From Takakia lepidozioides (taxonomy: Eukaryota; Plantae; Bryophyta), in NCBI GenBank assembly GCA_030704615.1, contig CM060732.1:27838001-27902000 (forward strand): a DNA stretch of 64,000 bases, given 5' to 3'. Shown here in pieces: positions 26,734-38,849 of this stretch (the first letter of the stretch is position 1; every line of letters starts with the position of its first letter). The translations under genes and the position numbers were made by a program. The notes beneath the pieces are model-generated. The model had not been told where the DNA came from. It did no database searches and was given only the letters and a program-made list of their open reading frames with translations.

Positions 26734-27733
26734 TTGGGATAGTGGCAGTGGACATGACTGGAGGCAGCTAACAAGACATGGGAGGCCAAGCTCATAGGAG
26801 TCAATACATGCGATCCCAAGCTCAAGTTCACAGGTTGCAAGACGACGACTAACGATGGGGCAACTCTTGCACCCGGCCTCTTGATCTATCAAGTTTGAGT
26901 GTAGTAGGGATAGTGGTGGAGGACTTAGTGAGGCTATGGTCACTATCACATCTTGTGGCTACCTGGACTTAGAGGGACCTAAGCACCAGCTAGGGGGGCG
27001 ATTGTGTGGACTAGTGACTGCCTTAGTGGGCAGCATAGTGGCAGCCTAGTGATTGACTAGTTGTAGCCTAGTGGTTGGACTAGTGGTATACTAGTGTGTG
27101 GTGTGCACATGTGTTGTGTGGTTTTGGACAGCGATGTAGTTGTGTAGCGATATGTATGCGCACGACAGCTGACAAGTTATCTTACCACTAATGTGAAACT
27201 AGCTAGAAAATAGCTAGCTTTTACATATTGACATTTGGGATTGGCCCAAGTGTCAATCCAGGGGTCAAGGCAGATTTAGGCCCTGGAGTGGTTATCTTCA
27301 CCTAAACCCTAAACCCTAAACTCTCGGACCTCTTAGATGGTACATTGAACATACTGGCCAAGTCTCAAAGCCAACTAAAATTATTTCGATGGACAACCAT
27401 CCGTTGAGCCATCGAATGAAATTTTGATTGATCTCATATTAGTCCGGGACTTGTGAAAGGGTGTCCGAGCGTACTGGCAAAGTTTGAAAGCAAACAAAAA
27501 TGATTTGGATGGGCAACCATCCGTTCACCCGTTGAATGAATGCCGGTTCATCTGTTATTACTATGGGACCTGTTGGACTGCGTTCCGCGTGCTCATGATT
27601 TGTTTTCATTCCATTTTTGGCCACATAGTGGATTTTTTCTAGCCACCGTAGCTTGCTCTCACCCCTCTACCATATAAACAAAGTTCTCACATTTCTTTTA
27701 GAAATCATTGTTGCGAATGGTGTTGCAAACCTT

Positions 27734-30473
27734 TCAACTTTTGCCCAATGACTTGGCTTTTCTCGAGTCCCGAAACGTCCGTGTGTACGTCTCCCATTGA
27801 GGATCGATGACGGTGTGCTCGAGACTACTCTTGACCGTCACCAACCGATCCACCATGAAGAAGTTAGTGGCAAAACGAGTTTCGCAAGGATTTTGGAGGC
27901 TGTATTTTGGTTCATGCCTCCTATATATTGCCAAAGGAATGTGGTGTGTGTGGATGAACGACACAACGGTCTTTGCTCGCCGTACAAGTTGTTTCACCCA
28001 CTGTTTTTTTCCCCAATCTTCCAAAAAGATGTCAAAGATGTAAGCTGCACAACCTTGGTAGTACATATGGGGATATCATGCCAATAACATGTCTGCAGTG
28101 TTCCGCATGTTAGCGGCATTGTCCGTGCATATTTGCACGATTCTATCACTTCCGACCTGTTCGATGAAGTCCGTCAATAGTCCATATTGATAACGTCAAT
28201 CTTTCTTCTCGCCACTAGTGTCCACCGATCCCAAGAACTGTTCCCCAGCTGGACATACAAGCATGACCTTGAACGATGGTCTGTTTGTAACATAACTCCA
28301 TCCATCGGCACATATAGTGCTTCTATATTTTCTCAGAGACTCGCCCGTCCTATCGTTGACCTTCTAGGTAAGCTCTGTTATGACGTCTTCTAGCAATCCT
28401 GTGCGGAGATTGTGATAAGAAGGAGGCACATACGTGGATTTGGAGTCCGAGGTTGCTCTAACGGTAGAAACAAATGCCGGAAGCTTTGCCACATTAAACG
28501 GTATATTGGCCTCGAAGAAAAACTACATCAATTTTTTATCTAATTGCCTTTTTGCAGACAAGTTAAGGCTTTCCTACATGGATTGTTGTCGTAATCATCT
28601 TCTTCGTTGAAGTGTAGGGGTACAAAAAGGTGTTGAAGCAGGTGTTGCTCCGGCACAACCCACTTGTCCAAGGACACTTGAAGCCTCACAAGAGTCCCCT
28701 TGGGTACTAATCGGGGCATCATGACGGTAAGATATAATGTTCTGCTCAGAGGTCGTGTCTAGATCTAGAGACGTTGAAATATTGCCTCCACATTGGGCAA
28801 AATGGCTTTTTCTCGCATAGATGCTTTAGGGCATAAACCTACCCCTTTGCTCTTCATACCTCTATAGTCGAGGTGAGCGAGTAGCCGATCATTACGATAA
28901 GAAAGCTGCAGTGCACATAGGTTGCATCCAACAGTTTCAGTGGCATTGACAATGTTCGGGATTACCGTATACCAAAGGCTCCATTCTTTCCTCAAATTTA
29001 CCCAGTATCCACTCCCCTGGGCCCTCGTGATGTAAGCAACAAAAAATAGTGACCTATATATAAACTTGTGAATGTAGAATGCAATGCGACAGTCCAACAC
29101 TTCTACACCTGTCACCAACCCAAGTAGGTCGATGCACGTTGTAGTGTTGAGCTTATACACAATCTGCTGAAGTGGGCTTTGGTGAAAACCACAAGGGCAA
29201 AAAGTGCGCACCCTCCTCTTGGGCTACACTCTCGTTCAACGGAAGAAAACATGCAAAATAACCTCAAGTGTTTGCGCCAAAAGAAGTGAGGAGCTTGGTG
29301 ACCCTCCTCCCTTACATATGCTCCAGGAATGATGAAAGTGAAATAAAAGTGAAATGAAAATATGACCGACCAATAGCGCCCACTCGAAAAAGACAGTACA
29401 ACCATATTTGTTATAATTTTTAAATTAAGCGACCACTCATATTGCGGTCGTTATTTTTATTTTTATAAAACACAACGACCGCCAATATTGCGGCGGTCGC
29501 TTTTATTTCTTTTGATTTTCAGTAATATTGCGGTCATTTTTTACTTTTTTTATTTCTAAATTTAAGCGACCTCCCGTATGGTGGTCACCATTTTTTTATT
29601 TTCCAAATATAATAATAATGTATTTATTATGACTCTTATTTTGTATATTTTTAAAATGACACGACCGCAAAATTGGCAGTCGCTTCATTTCTTTATATAT
29701 ATTAAAAATAAAGTCGCTTCATTTCTTTATATATATTAAAAATAAAGCGACCGCCAAGATGGTGGTTGCTTTTATTCTTAATATTTTGAAAATACAACGA
29801 CCGCCACTACGGCGGTCACTTTTAATCTTTTTATTTTTAAGTTTAAGCGACCGCCAGTGTGGCGGTTGATTTTATTTTATATATTTTTAAATTTATGCGA
29901 CCGCCCATTTTGGCGGTCGCCATTATTATTTTTATTTTATAATAAGCGACCGTCTGGTGTGGCGGTCATTTTCTTTTGTTGCTTATAATTTTATATTTTA
30001 AAAATAAGTCGACCGCCATATTATGACGGTTGCTGGTTTTTTTTTATATATTTTAAAAAACAAGCGACTGCCAGATTATGGCGGTCGCTGGTTTTTTTCT
30101 ATATATTTGTATATTTAAGCGACCGCCATATTGGCGGTCGCTTGTTTTTTGTATATTGTTGAAATTAAGCGATCGCCTTATGGCGGGTCGCTTGTTTTAT
30201 TTTTATTTTTAAAATTATGCGACCGCCATTACGGAGGTCGCTGTTTTTTCTTTTTTAAATTAGGCGACCGCAAATGCGACCGCCAATCTTGTTAATAAGA
30301 AAACAAACAAATTATGCGACCGGCAATATGACGGTCGCTCTTATTTTTTATATCTCGAAATATAAAGCGACCGCCAGATTTGGCGGTCGCTTATATTTTA
30401 TTATTTTTCAAAATGTTTTTGCTACCGCCACCGTGTTGGCGACGTGGCTGCTTAAGTGGCAATATTTTACCTG
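27734..30473 (-). mobile_element. hAT DNA transposon remnant (BED finger plus DUF659-type transposase, 3' truncated) with one terminus
   Basis: BED-like W..V....VGCNLC...SY....L.AHL......C (28800-29000). Transposase motifs FFFEANIPFN, PPSY..LR, ADGWS, VQICTDNAANM, GCAA..D and PCETRFATNF. A subterminal repeat array leads to a candidate CAGGT terminus at 30473. Confidence 0.8.
29420..30445. repeat. Array of about 17-20 GC-rich palindromes (GCGACCGCC-N3-6-GGCGGTCGC) in AT-rich spacers; probable hAT subterminal repeats
   Basis: Example AAGCGACCGCCA-TAT-TGGCGGTCGCTT at about 30117. Units recur roughly every 50 bp upstream of the hAT ORF. Confidence 0.85.
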
Positions 30474-30486
30474 GTACTTCTTTTTA

Positions 30487-30900
30487 CTAAAATATTTCCG
30501 GAACTTGACGTGACGGAGGTCCCGTCAGCGTCAGGTCTGACGTGACCTGACGTTGACTGATGGACGTGACGCTGATAACCGGGCACGTGGCATTGGCTTT
30601 CTTGCTTGTGGATGGTTTTGTTGGTTTTTTTCTTGATGGCTCCACCGCTTCTGTAGGCTCTCTCTTCCTCTCTTCCTGATTTGGGGGCTTGATACCTAAC
30701 TTCTCGCAAATCCTTTTCAACTCCTCCTTTTCTCTTTGGGAAAATGTTAGGTACATCTTCAATGGAGGCCCTTTGTGCATGGGGCATGATTGTCTTAAGC
30801 GATGGTAGCTCAGACTATTCTTGTCCTTGAAATTCGCATCACAGTACTTGCAGAAAAATGGACGCCTCTCAAAACCCCCAAGTACTCCTGTCGTCGACAT
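30487..30900 (-). other. Short ORF with a C2H2/C2HC-like zinc finger adjacent to the MULE insertion site
   Basis: PFFCKYCDANFKDKNSLSYHRLRQSC followed by a basic tail. It lies between the hAT end and the MULE TSD, so it is probably a remnant. Confidence 0.4.
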
Positions 30901-31606
30901 TCAATATGAGCGAGGGAAGCTAGCGCGTGAGCGCGCTCACGCTTAGCGGACTAAGCGTGAGCAGACTTCGTTAAGCGTGAGCAGATTTCCTAAGTGTGAG
31001 CACATTTCTTAAGCATGAGCATAGAATGAAAGCGGAGCCTATAGCCGTGGGAAAAGCAGAACCTATTGCTGTGGGGACGACGTTTATGGTTTAGGGGGGC
31101 AACATACGCAAGACATGAATGGAAATTTGAGAGTAGTGCGAGACAAAATCCGTACGGATGAATGGGTTTGTGGAATGGATGAATGTAGGATGGATATGGG
31201 ATGAATGTAGGATGAATGAGGGACGTCAAAATACGGATGAATATATAATGGATGAGACCAATGACATCTGGGTTGAACGAACTCGAACGATGTTCGATGT
31301 TCACGTACCTTTTGTTCGAAACATTATACATGTCGTATAAACAATGCCAGTAGTGAAGGTCCATGTAAGACTGGGGTTTATTCTGAAAGCACGGTCGAAA
31401 TTGGAAAGTGTACAAAGCGTAGAAAGTGTACAAAGCATTGCCATTCATTTGATCATGACGTGGGGTAGGAGATGGCTTCTGAGTCAAGAAAGTGCTACCA
31501 TCAAACAGCCTGAAGCTTTTTCCATACAAAGGTGCGACTTTGTCATCTGTCACCGGACGTCATAGAAAACCAGCCCAGGCTTTGCAAGGTCATGCTCGAG
31601 AACATC

Positions 31607-34600
31607 TCAAACTCGTGCAGTACTATCTCGCTCAAGTAGTGTCATAACATCAGCAGGCCCTATCGTACATTGGTGAATGTATGTGTCTCTTTTTGGATCA
31701 CAAAACATCCTCTGAATGTACATGTAGTACAAATGTTTGCATGGCACAAATTTACCTCTCTTTCCTTGAGAACTGGAGATTGTGTTTTTGAAGTCTGGGC
31801 AAGTGCAATCCGGGAAATTGGAAACTATTACCTCGTACGCCTTGTTGTGAAGAACAGATCCCATCATCACCATACTATACACCCGTCCGTAGCCTGGTGG
31901 GGGAACATCGACAACGGTGATCCGACACTGAAGGGTTTTCGTTGATTCAATCTTGCACTCGTGCTCCGCACCGGCCTCAACCCGCCGGACCACCTTTCCG
32001 TTTCTTTTCGTAGGCCAGTCGTTGCCAAGTGGAGGGCGCGCAAGAAATGGGGAAGGGAAATCATGCGAAGAATTAACCGTCATGACAGTTGCTCCTCTTG
32101 GTAGCCGAAATCCTGCATCCTCCATCATGTCAATTTCCTGTGTAGATAGTATAGTTCCCATCTTAACTGGCCAAACGTTTGGGATTTGAGGTTTGCTTAT
32201 CACCGAATCACGGACAGTTCCCATCACACAACGTTTCATGTCATCGGGACAAAACCAAAACTTATGAGGTCTAGCCTCCCGCGCACTATAATGCTTGAAC
32301 AACCCTGTGAAAGTTGGGGCTGGAGTCCCTGCTATGGCTCTACAAATCATAGATGTGCACTTCACAAAGGACGTTGCCCTGATAGCGGAACATTTCACTT
32401 TTGAGCCTTGCGGAGTTTGTTCTATGTGCCACAGCGCGTCTGCACAATCAGACTCCTGGATGGGCAGCAGGTTCGCCCCTTCTTCCCGTGTAGTTGTAGT
32501 TGTCGACTCCGTGAACTCTGTCGAGGAAGATTCACCCACAAAAGATGTTGCGTGCACAAAAGTGGGTGGCACGGGTACACGTGGCACCGAAAAGTTATCC
32601 CTATCATGTCGATGTGAATCACCGTCCGATCCCGGAGGGGTGTCCAGTTTGCGCTTGCATGAACAGAATCTCTCCTCACATTCCAGATGAGGATGTCTAG
32701 ATTGCGAAGGTGTTCCCATTGTGCATTCGTTTACAACCTTTGCCATTCTAACATGATTTTTGCATCTGTTTGCAGCCCTCAACTGCAACTCCGCCCTGTC
32801 TGGCCCCTTACTAGAACCGCGTCCACGAAGGAATTCCCGGTACTGTGTTTGTTGCGAAAGCGCTCGGACCATGTCATCCGAAGTGGCAACGTACAGGTCC
32901 CGTCCATTCTTGCCTGATTGCGCATTCCACACACTACGCACAGTCTCGGATAGATTACAGGACGACATATCCGCTATGTCCTCCAGAGACATATTCTGCA
33001 CACAATATTCTTTCAATTTATTATTGTACTTCAAAAGCTAATAGCATTGAAGAAAAGACACGTCAACAGGGGCAACACCGTAAATTGAACTCATGCAAGC
33101 ATCGCAAATTTAGCAGGGACCTTACTCTTGTCATGGATCCTCCCCACTGTTTGTATCTGAAGTGCCAGAATCCCATCCAGTCGTCAAGTTCTTTGAGGCC
33201 ATCCTGACTTGCTGCATCGGATGAGTACCACCATGCCCTTGTAGTTTGGTATAAGGAGTTTGCTTCGATCTCGCTTGTCGCATCTTTATACAGCCGACAG
33301 AGTCTCATGTGTTCCTCCTACAACTCTGGTTTTATGCAATTCTTGGTGTGCCTTTGGAGGGACTGAGTCCAATGGAATAGGCAAGTGCGCTCCATGCCCA
33401 CCATGAGTATTTTCGGATCACCACTTCCAAAAATAGACCGGACTGCATTCCAATTTGCTTGCACGCTATCGGCCATAAATCCATGAAATTTGGATCTGGG
33501 ACACCATGATTCCTCATGACTCTCACAAGGGACTTCCACATCAGGATTTGAGATTCAGTGTCTTCGGATTGCATGTCACACACTGCAATTGTCATAACTC
33601 TTTGGTATCCAAGATCGTACACATGGGCAGCCATGGTTGTCCAGCCCTTGTTTCATATGATCAAACATGAGCCATGATTTCTGGAGATCGCCACCGGGCT
33701 GCATTCTGCGGACCAAGCTAACTCCACTTCCCTCCGCAATTGTGGACATTTTGAACAGGAACACTTTCAACGACCCCTGACCAGGAAAGACATTATCTTG
33801 AATGAAGTCGTACATGCTTCTGCGCTTCAATTCCAGGATGCTATCCACATAATCTGTGCTCCCTGTCCCCATTCTAAGTGCGTTGATCTGGTTGCGTGCA
33901 TTGGGTGAAGTGTCGAGAAATAGTCCATAACGACGTCCAGTTTTTCGCTGTCAAGTTTCTCAATGTTCTCTTCCGCTCTTCCTAGAATGTGTTTTTGCAA
34001 GAAGCTCTTGCTTGCAAAAAGTGCAATTGCAGATGGCGGTGCATAAGGAGCATTCTCCACCTCGTGCCGTAGAAGTCCCCAAATTGTTTCAAGACTTTCT
34101 CGACAATCCCCTTTCGATATAGGGTGCATATGATTGCCGAGATGAACACAAGCTCGGGTAAGCCCTCGAAAACGATGGAGCACATAGTACATATGGGCCT
34201 TGCATGTGCCAATGCATGTTGGAGCCGTTTTGCAATATTTGCAGAGCAACGTCGTGTTTTTAGGAGGTGGGCACCCAACCTCAAATGGGTTATCCGCGCA
34301 ACCCTCCCACTCCGTCTCGTTTGGAGAGCCTCTCAATGCCAGACAGTTGCAGGCTTCATTTCCACAACGTAGGTTCCCAACGCAGATCGATCTACAGAAG
34401 AATTTTACCAACTCTCCTGTGAGAGCCATTCGTAAAGCAGAGAAGAGTACGGGAACAGTGTCCAACAAAGTGTGCCAGCACTCGAGCAACCTGTCGTACG
34501 TCTGGGGATAGCATCAAACAACATGATCCAAGCGCCCACACTGGAACGTCACTGCCAATGCACGGCTAGCTGGATGAGCAGTTTCATTCCACTTTGCACT

Positions 34601-34700
34601 AGGCCATCTATCCTCATCCATCTACATTACCCATCTGACAAGGTATCCCATATAATCATTAATTGCCTGTATCCAATGGTTTTATTCTGACAGCAGCTGT
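31607..34700 (-). pseudogene. MULE transposase: WRKY/GCM-like Zn domain, DDE core, Cys-rich domain, C-terminal SWIM; frameshifted
   Basis: N-terminal CVGNLRC...CKYC...C...C...H.H.P. Core motifs MFDH, FMAD..QANWNAV, CLFHW (CxxH) and NLSET. SWIM CTCPDF...PCKHLY. Confidence 0.85.
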
Positions 34701-34898
34701 CCAGCCACCCGTTCATTCTATCTTAAGATGTGATGTGTCATAATTGAAGATGAAAAGCTGCCAGGATGAAATTGTTCTATTTGTTTTCCGTTATTTGTTT
34801 TGAATGAGCAGAGGAAGTGGAGAAGTCACCACCACCGAGTCGACAACCGAAAATTCCCCTAGGCACGTACGTCTGTTTTGAAATAACCTTATTTTAGC

Positions 34899-37800
34899 GT
34901 GACTCTTGACCGTTCAGAGACGACGTGTCTTGCATGCAAATGCTCCAGGGAACCCCGCCGCTTCTCCACGAAGCTGGCATCTTGGCGCAGTAGGGGCGGG
35001 GAAGAGGCAAGCGAACTCCCTCTTTCTCGCACCACTTTTTCCACCCTAGCTGCAATCCTGGATCCTGTCGATAGTGAGACTCCCTCTCGAGCTAGAAGGA
35101 GGCGCCGCCGAACCCTGTATTTTATATCCAGCAAACAAAGGTTGCGGGCGAAGGAGAGAATGAAGAAGATCCGAAGGGAACTCACGTTGGGGGAGGACAC
35201 CGGGGTGGTAGAGGCCGGAGGAGAGGAAGAGGCCGGAGGAGCAGTTGCCCGCCAGTCTCCAAAGGGTTTAGCCGTCGTGCAAGAGGAGCCCAACGAGCTT
35301 TAATCTTTTGAGGGCGGAGAGGAGGAACCCTGAACCCGCCTCAGACAACAGTCCCAGGCAGTTTGCCTAATGGAAGAGACACTGGAGCTTGAAGTGCGTG
35401 GTTTTGTCACCCACCAGCCTGATCTTCTGGGACCTATCCTCCCACACAAATTGAAGGAGACGAGCTAGACGGGAGGTGCGTCTTCGAGCGCTGCGAAGAA
35501 GCCAGCCGAGGTATGTGTGACATTCCAGTTGCCACATAAGAGATTGCAGTCTGTTTGATAGATCAAAATCAACCTTGCGTCAACGCAAGGTCGCTGGAAT
35601 GCCCGAGTATTGACTGATGGAAGAGAAGGCGATTCTTTCAAGAAAACCCCAATCAACCTTGCGTCAATGCAAGGTTGATTCAGGTGATAGACATAGACAT
35701 CCGGAACAAACATTGTACTTTGAATGATTGATTTCGACCTGAATTGAGTGGCCTGGTTCTCTTTTCTTTTGAAGTTTGAATCTCACAGAACAACCTTGCG
35801 TTGACGCAAGGTTGTTTTGAGTGTACTGTCTATGTCTGTTTTTCCCATTCACAGTCTGTGATCCCACCTTTGCAACTCCCACAATCAACCTTGCGTCAAC
35901 GCAAGGTCGATTTGGTCTGCAGGGCTGTGTCCTTCTGAAGGGTTTTTTTGAACGGTTGAAGCTCACCAAACAACCTTGCGTTGACGCAAGGTTGTTTGAG
36001 AGTACAACCAATGTCTTCTCTTGCCTTCATTCCTAAAACTGCCAGCCCAAGAAACAACCTTGCGTCAACGCAAGGTTGATTTGGGCTGTAGTTCAGTGTC
36101 TTTCTGCAGGGTTTTGGAATTGCTAAAGCTCATCAAACAACCTTGCGTTGACGCAAGGTTGTTTGAGAGTCTTGCCAATGTCTGTTTTTTCCTACAATCC
36201 AACAGGTGCATGCCCCAGAAACAACCTTGCGTCAACGCAAGGTTGATTTGGGCTGCAGTTGTGTGTCCCGTGTCCTGAGTCCTGACGAGTTCTTTATTGG
36301 ACTCCATTCCCATTGTTGCAAGCCCTAGAAACAACCTTGCGTCAACACAAGGTTGATTTGGGCTGCAAATGAAGGGTCATTTTGATTTGTCGCAAGGCTG
36401 TTTTGGGCCATGTGAGTGCATGTTTATCTGTAATTGTGTTCAATACCAAACTTCATGACTGATAGATCTTCCGTTTTTTCACAGAGGAAATGGAAAGGAA
36501 AGAACCTGCCAAAGACGGAACAAGGGTAGATTATGAAGATGATGAAGACGGCGATGACGAGCATTACGCAGACAGAGCAGAGGCTGTTATCGGGGGAACA
36601 GAATGTGAACTCTTCGAAGGTAATACTGTCAATGGAAATTCCTGGTGGAGACATCCTTATCCCACTATGCAGAATGATATCGATGCCCGCTGTCCGGCCA
36701 GCACTCAGAAACGACATAAGGAAACTCAAGAATGATTTTGTGCATGGGCATGTGAAGGGTTCTGCTGTGTTCCACAACTGATACGAAGGGCGAAAAGTGC
36801 CCTGTATCAGAAGAGATAGAGAAAGGTTGGGATGCATGTTGGCATGAAGTTAACAGGGAGTTCAAGGCCAAACTATCCAAGAAGGCTTCCATGAAAGTTT
36901 TCATGGGGAAGATGTTTTTTGTATGGGATGGCAATCACCGGTTGTTTGCCTAGATGGACTACATATCCGAATTGCACTCTGACGAAAAGGATTGGCACTG
37001 GAGCGTTCATTCTATGGTCCTGGATCACAAAGGACGAATCACATAGCTGCTCACTGCCATGCACGACATCAACAAGTAAGTTTTCCGAAGTTGTTGTGCA
37101 TTATGTGGTTGCATTGCTCTGTTTGTGGTTGTTTTCTTCCTAATTGGAAAAGTGTCTGTTCAATGCAGATCAAATGAAACCTCCCACGTAACAACCAACC
37201 TCTGCCACACCATTTTCCGTTTCTAAAAGATCGGTATGATGTCTCTGGAATCGTTTGCGAACGTGTTGAGTCCAAGTCAAATGAAGAGATGCAGGGAAAA
37301 GAAGCTTGTCACCTGGTATAGCCTGACAAGAGAGACATTTCTTGACTACATGTACACGGTAAATAAATTTAAACCGAATTGAAATTCAGACTAGTTTGTT
37401 CCCAATTTCCAATGGATGTGAACTGAAAGATCATATATTTTGAATTGTTTGCAGCAAGAGATAGCGGAGACAGGCTTGAAGGCAAAGGCCGAATACTAAG
37501 CCACTCACGCAAAGGAGGAGAGGTCTGCTGTGGGGGTGGCGGAGGCAATCCGGTTTGAGATGGACAACCACAGAAAGAACCTGCTGAGTGCGTTTGACAA
37601 ACAATCCGCATTGTAGATCCCGGTCTCGGCTCGGAGTTCCTGGAGCAGGTGAAAGTGCACTACGACAAGTATGGTACTAGACCCGAAATGACACAAGAGA
37701 AACTGCATCGCTTGTCCATTTCAATGGTGGACACCGCAACCAAAATCAGATGGTTGGAGATTTGGAACTCGGATCCTCTGGTGAAGGACACGTATGGGTT

Positions 37801-38303
37801 TCCAAGAACAGAGAAAGACCCCAAAACCAATGTGATAAAAGTGGTGAGCGACCAAACCTTCGACCAATGGCTTCACAAAGCTACATTCTGGAGCCAGGTG
37901 AGATAAACAACCATTTATTCTTGCAGTCCCCATTTTTTCAGGATTCCGTGTTGCTTGGCTCCAAAGCCTCACATTTGCCTTGTTCGAACAGCTGAAGAAG
38001 CGTGCTATTTCAGCACTGGGAGAGGCCTTGACTGACTACAAAATCACCATGACAACACCCAGAATCTCTCTTGAGCAATACATTCGGAGATGAAAATGTG
38101 CAATATGGAACAACTGTTTCTTCAGGGAGTTTGAGAGAGACAAAGGCATTTCCAGGTCGAATGAGTTCAAGAATCAGTACACTCGCTATGAAGCGAGTCT
38201 TGTACATGTATCATGTTTCTTCATTGCATCTTTTCGTGGTTCCGTTTTTTCTCATCGAATCAATCCTTATGTTGTTGCAAGGCATGGTTAGGGACTGCCA
38301 ATG
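34899..38303 (+). pseudogene. MULE-1 cargo gene, 5' part: basic/acidic N-terminal exon, ParB-like exon (36485-37075) and helical linker exons
   Basis: GT donor at 35511 and AG acceptor at 36484. DGNHR at 36927-36941. Further GT-AG-bounded exons at about 37169-37358, 37454-37897 and 37942 onward. Several stops and frameshifts. Confidence 0.65.
35571..36400. repeat. Intronic array of 22-bp palindromes AACCTTGCGT(CA/TG)ACGCAAGGTT, 9 copies plus 1 partial
   Basis: Copies start at about 35571, 35655, 35792, 35887, 35972, 36056, 36139, 36223 and 36333. Spacing is mostly 83-85 bp. The centre dinucleotide alternates TG/CA through most of the array. Confidence 0.95.
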
Positions 38304-38348
38304 TGAGGCTTCTCTGATCGTTTGCCGTTCATTTTCCAGTCTCAATTT

Positions 38349-38467
38349 AACCTTGCGTCAACGCAAGGTTGATTTGGGCTGGTGGTTCTGCGCTTCCTGA
38401 ACATATTTCAGTTTTTGTTGTATGCTACTTCTCCAAGCATGTTCCAACCTTGCGTTGACGCAAGGTT
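38349..38467. repeat. Two further copies of the same 22-bp palindrome in a downstream non-coding (probably intronic) segment, just before a nested insertion
   Basis: AACCTTGCGTCAACGCAAGGTT at 38349 and AACCTTGCGTTGACGCAAGGTT at 38446. Confidence 0.95.
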
Positions 38468-38849
38468 GGAGGTTAGCTATTTCAGGAGCATGAGCGGCAT
38501 GAGCGGCATGAGCGGAGTAGTAAGACAATCGGTTTTCATGAGCAGAAGTACAAATTTCGAAAATAAAAAACAATAAAAAACAGTAAAAACATTAATTTAA
38601 TGCAATGTGTCAGGAAAAACAAATATATTATTCGGCCCCTTGAAGGAAAAATTGTAGTTTTGACAGTTGTGCTCATGATATTTCGTCTTCCGCTCATGCC
38701 AATTCCCAGCGACATGTGCAAATATGGCGCCGAATTTCGCGGTAATACGGTCCGTAACCTGAAAAAACGGCGACATATTTCGCGGTAATAGGTCTCTCTG
38801 GCGAAAAATGGTGCCGAATTCTGCGGCTATAGGTCCCCTCATGACAGGT

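Larger units (their letters stand above)
19705..27160 (+). mobile_element. Ty3/Gypsy LTR retrotransposon: gag (two CCHC), protease, C5 DNA methyltransferase, RT, RNase H, integrase, PHD; 5' LTR missing, 3' LTR partial
   Basis: Gag knuckles CWTCEGPHVKKDC and CGHCGKHGHGEAQC. Protease RVLLDARAQ...DVLVG. RT motifs RMCGDYR, LDLRSGYHQ and YIDD. RNH motifs TDWS, YEGE and TDH. IN motifs HEELGH..CMVC, TDQGREF and GLAE. Purine tract AGGGGGGCGA at about 26992-27001 followed by TG at 27003. Confidence 0.93.

Noticed and set aside
27301-27321. Telomeric CCCTAAA repeats
   Set aside because: Only about three units, which is common telo-box-like background and not a telomere.
29420-30445. CRISPR/REP-like array
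   Set aside because: Spacers are low-complexity AT tracts and the units are degenerate. The position fits hAT subterminal repeats.
35571-36400. CRISPR-like appearance (palindromic repeat with ~60-bp spacers)
   Set aside because: Eukaryotic intron, no cas genes, repeats alternate in orientation, and alternate spacers resemble each other.
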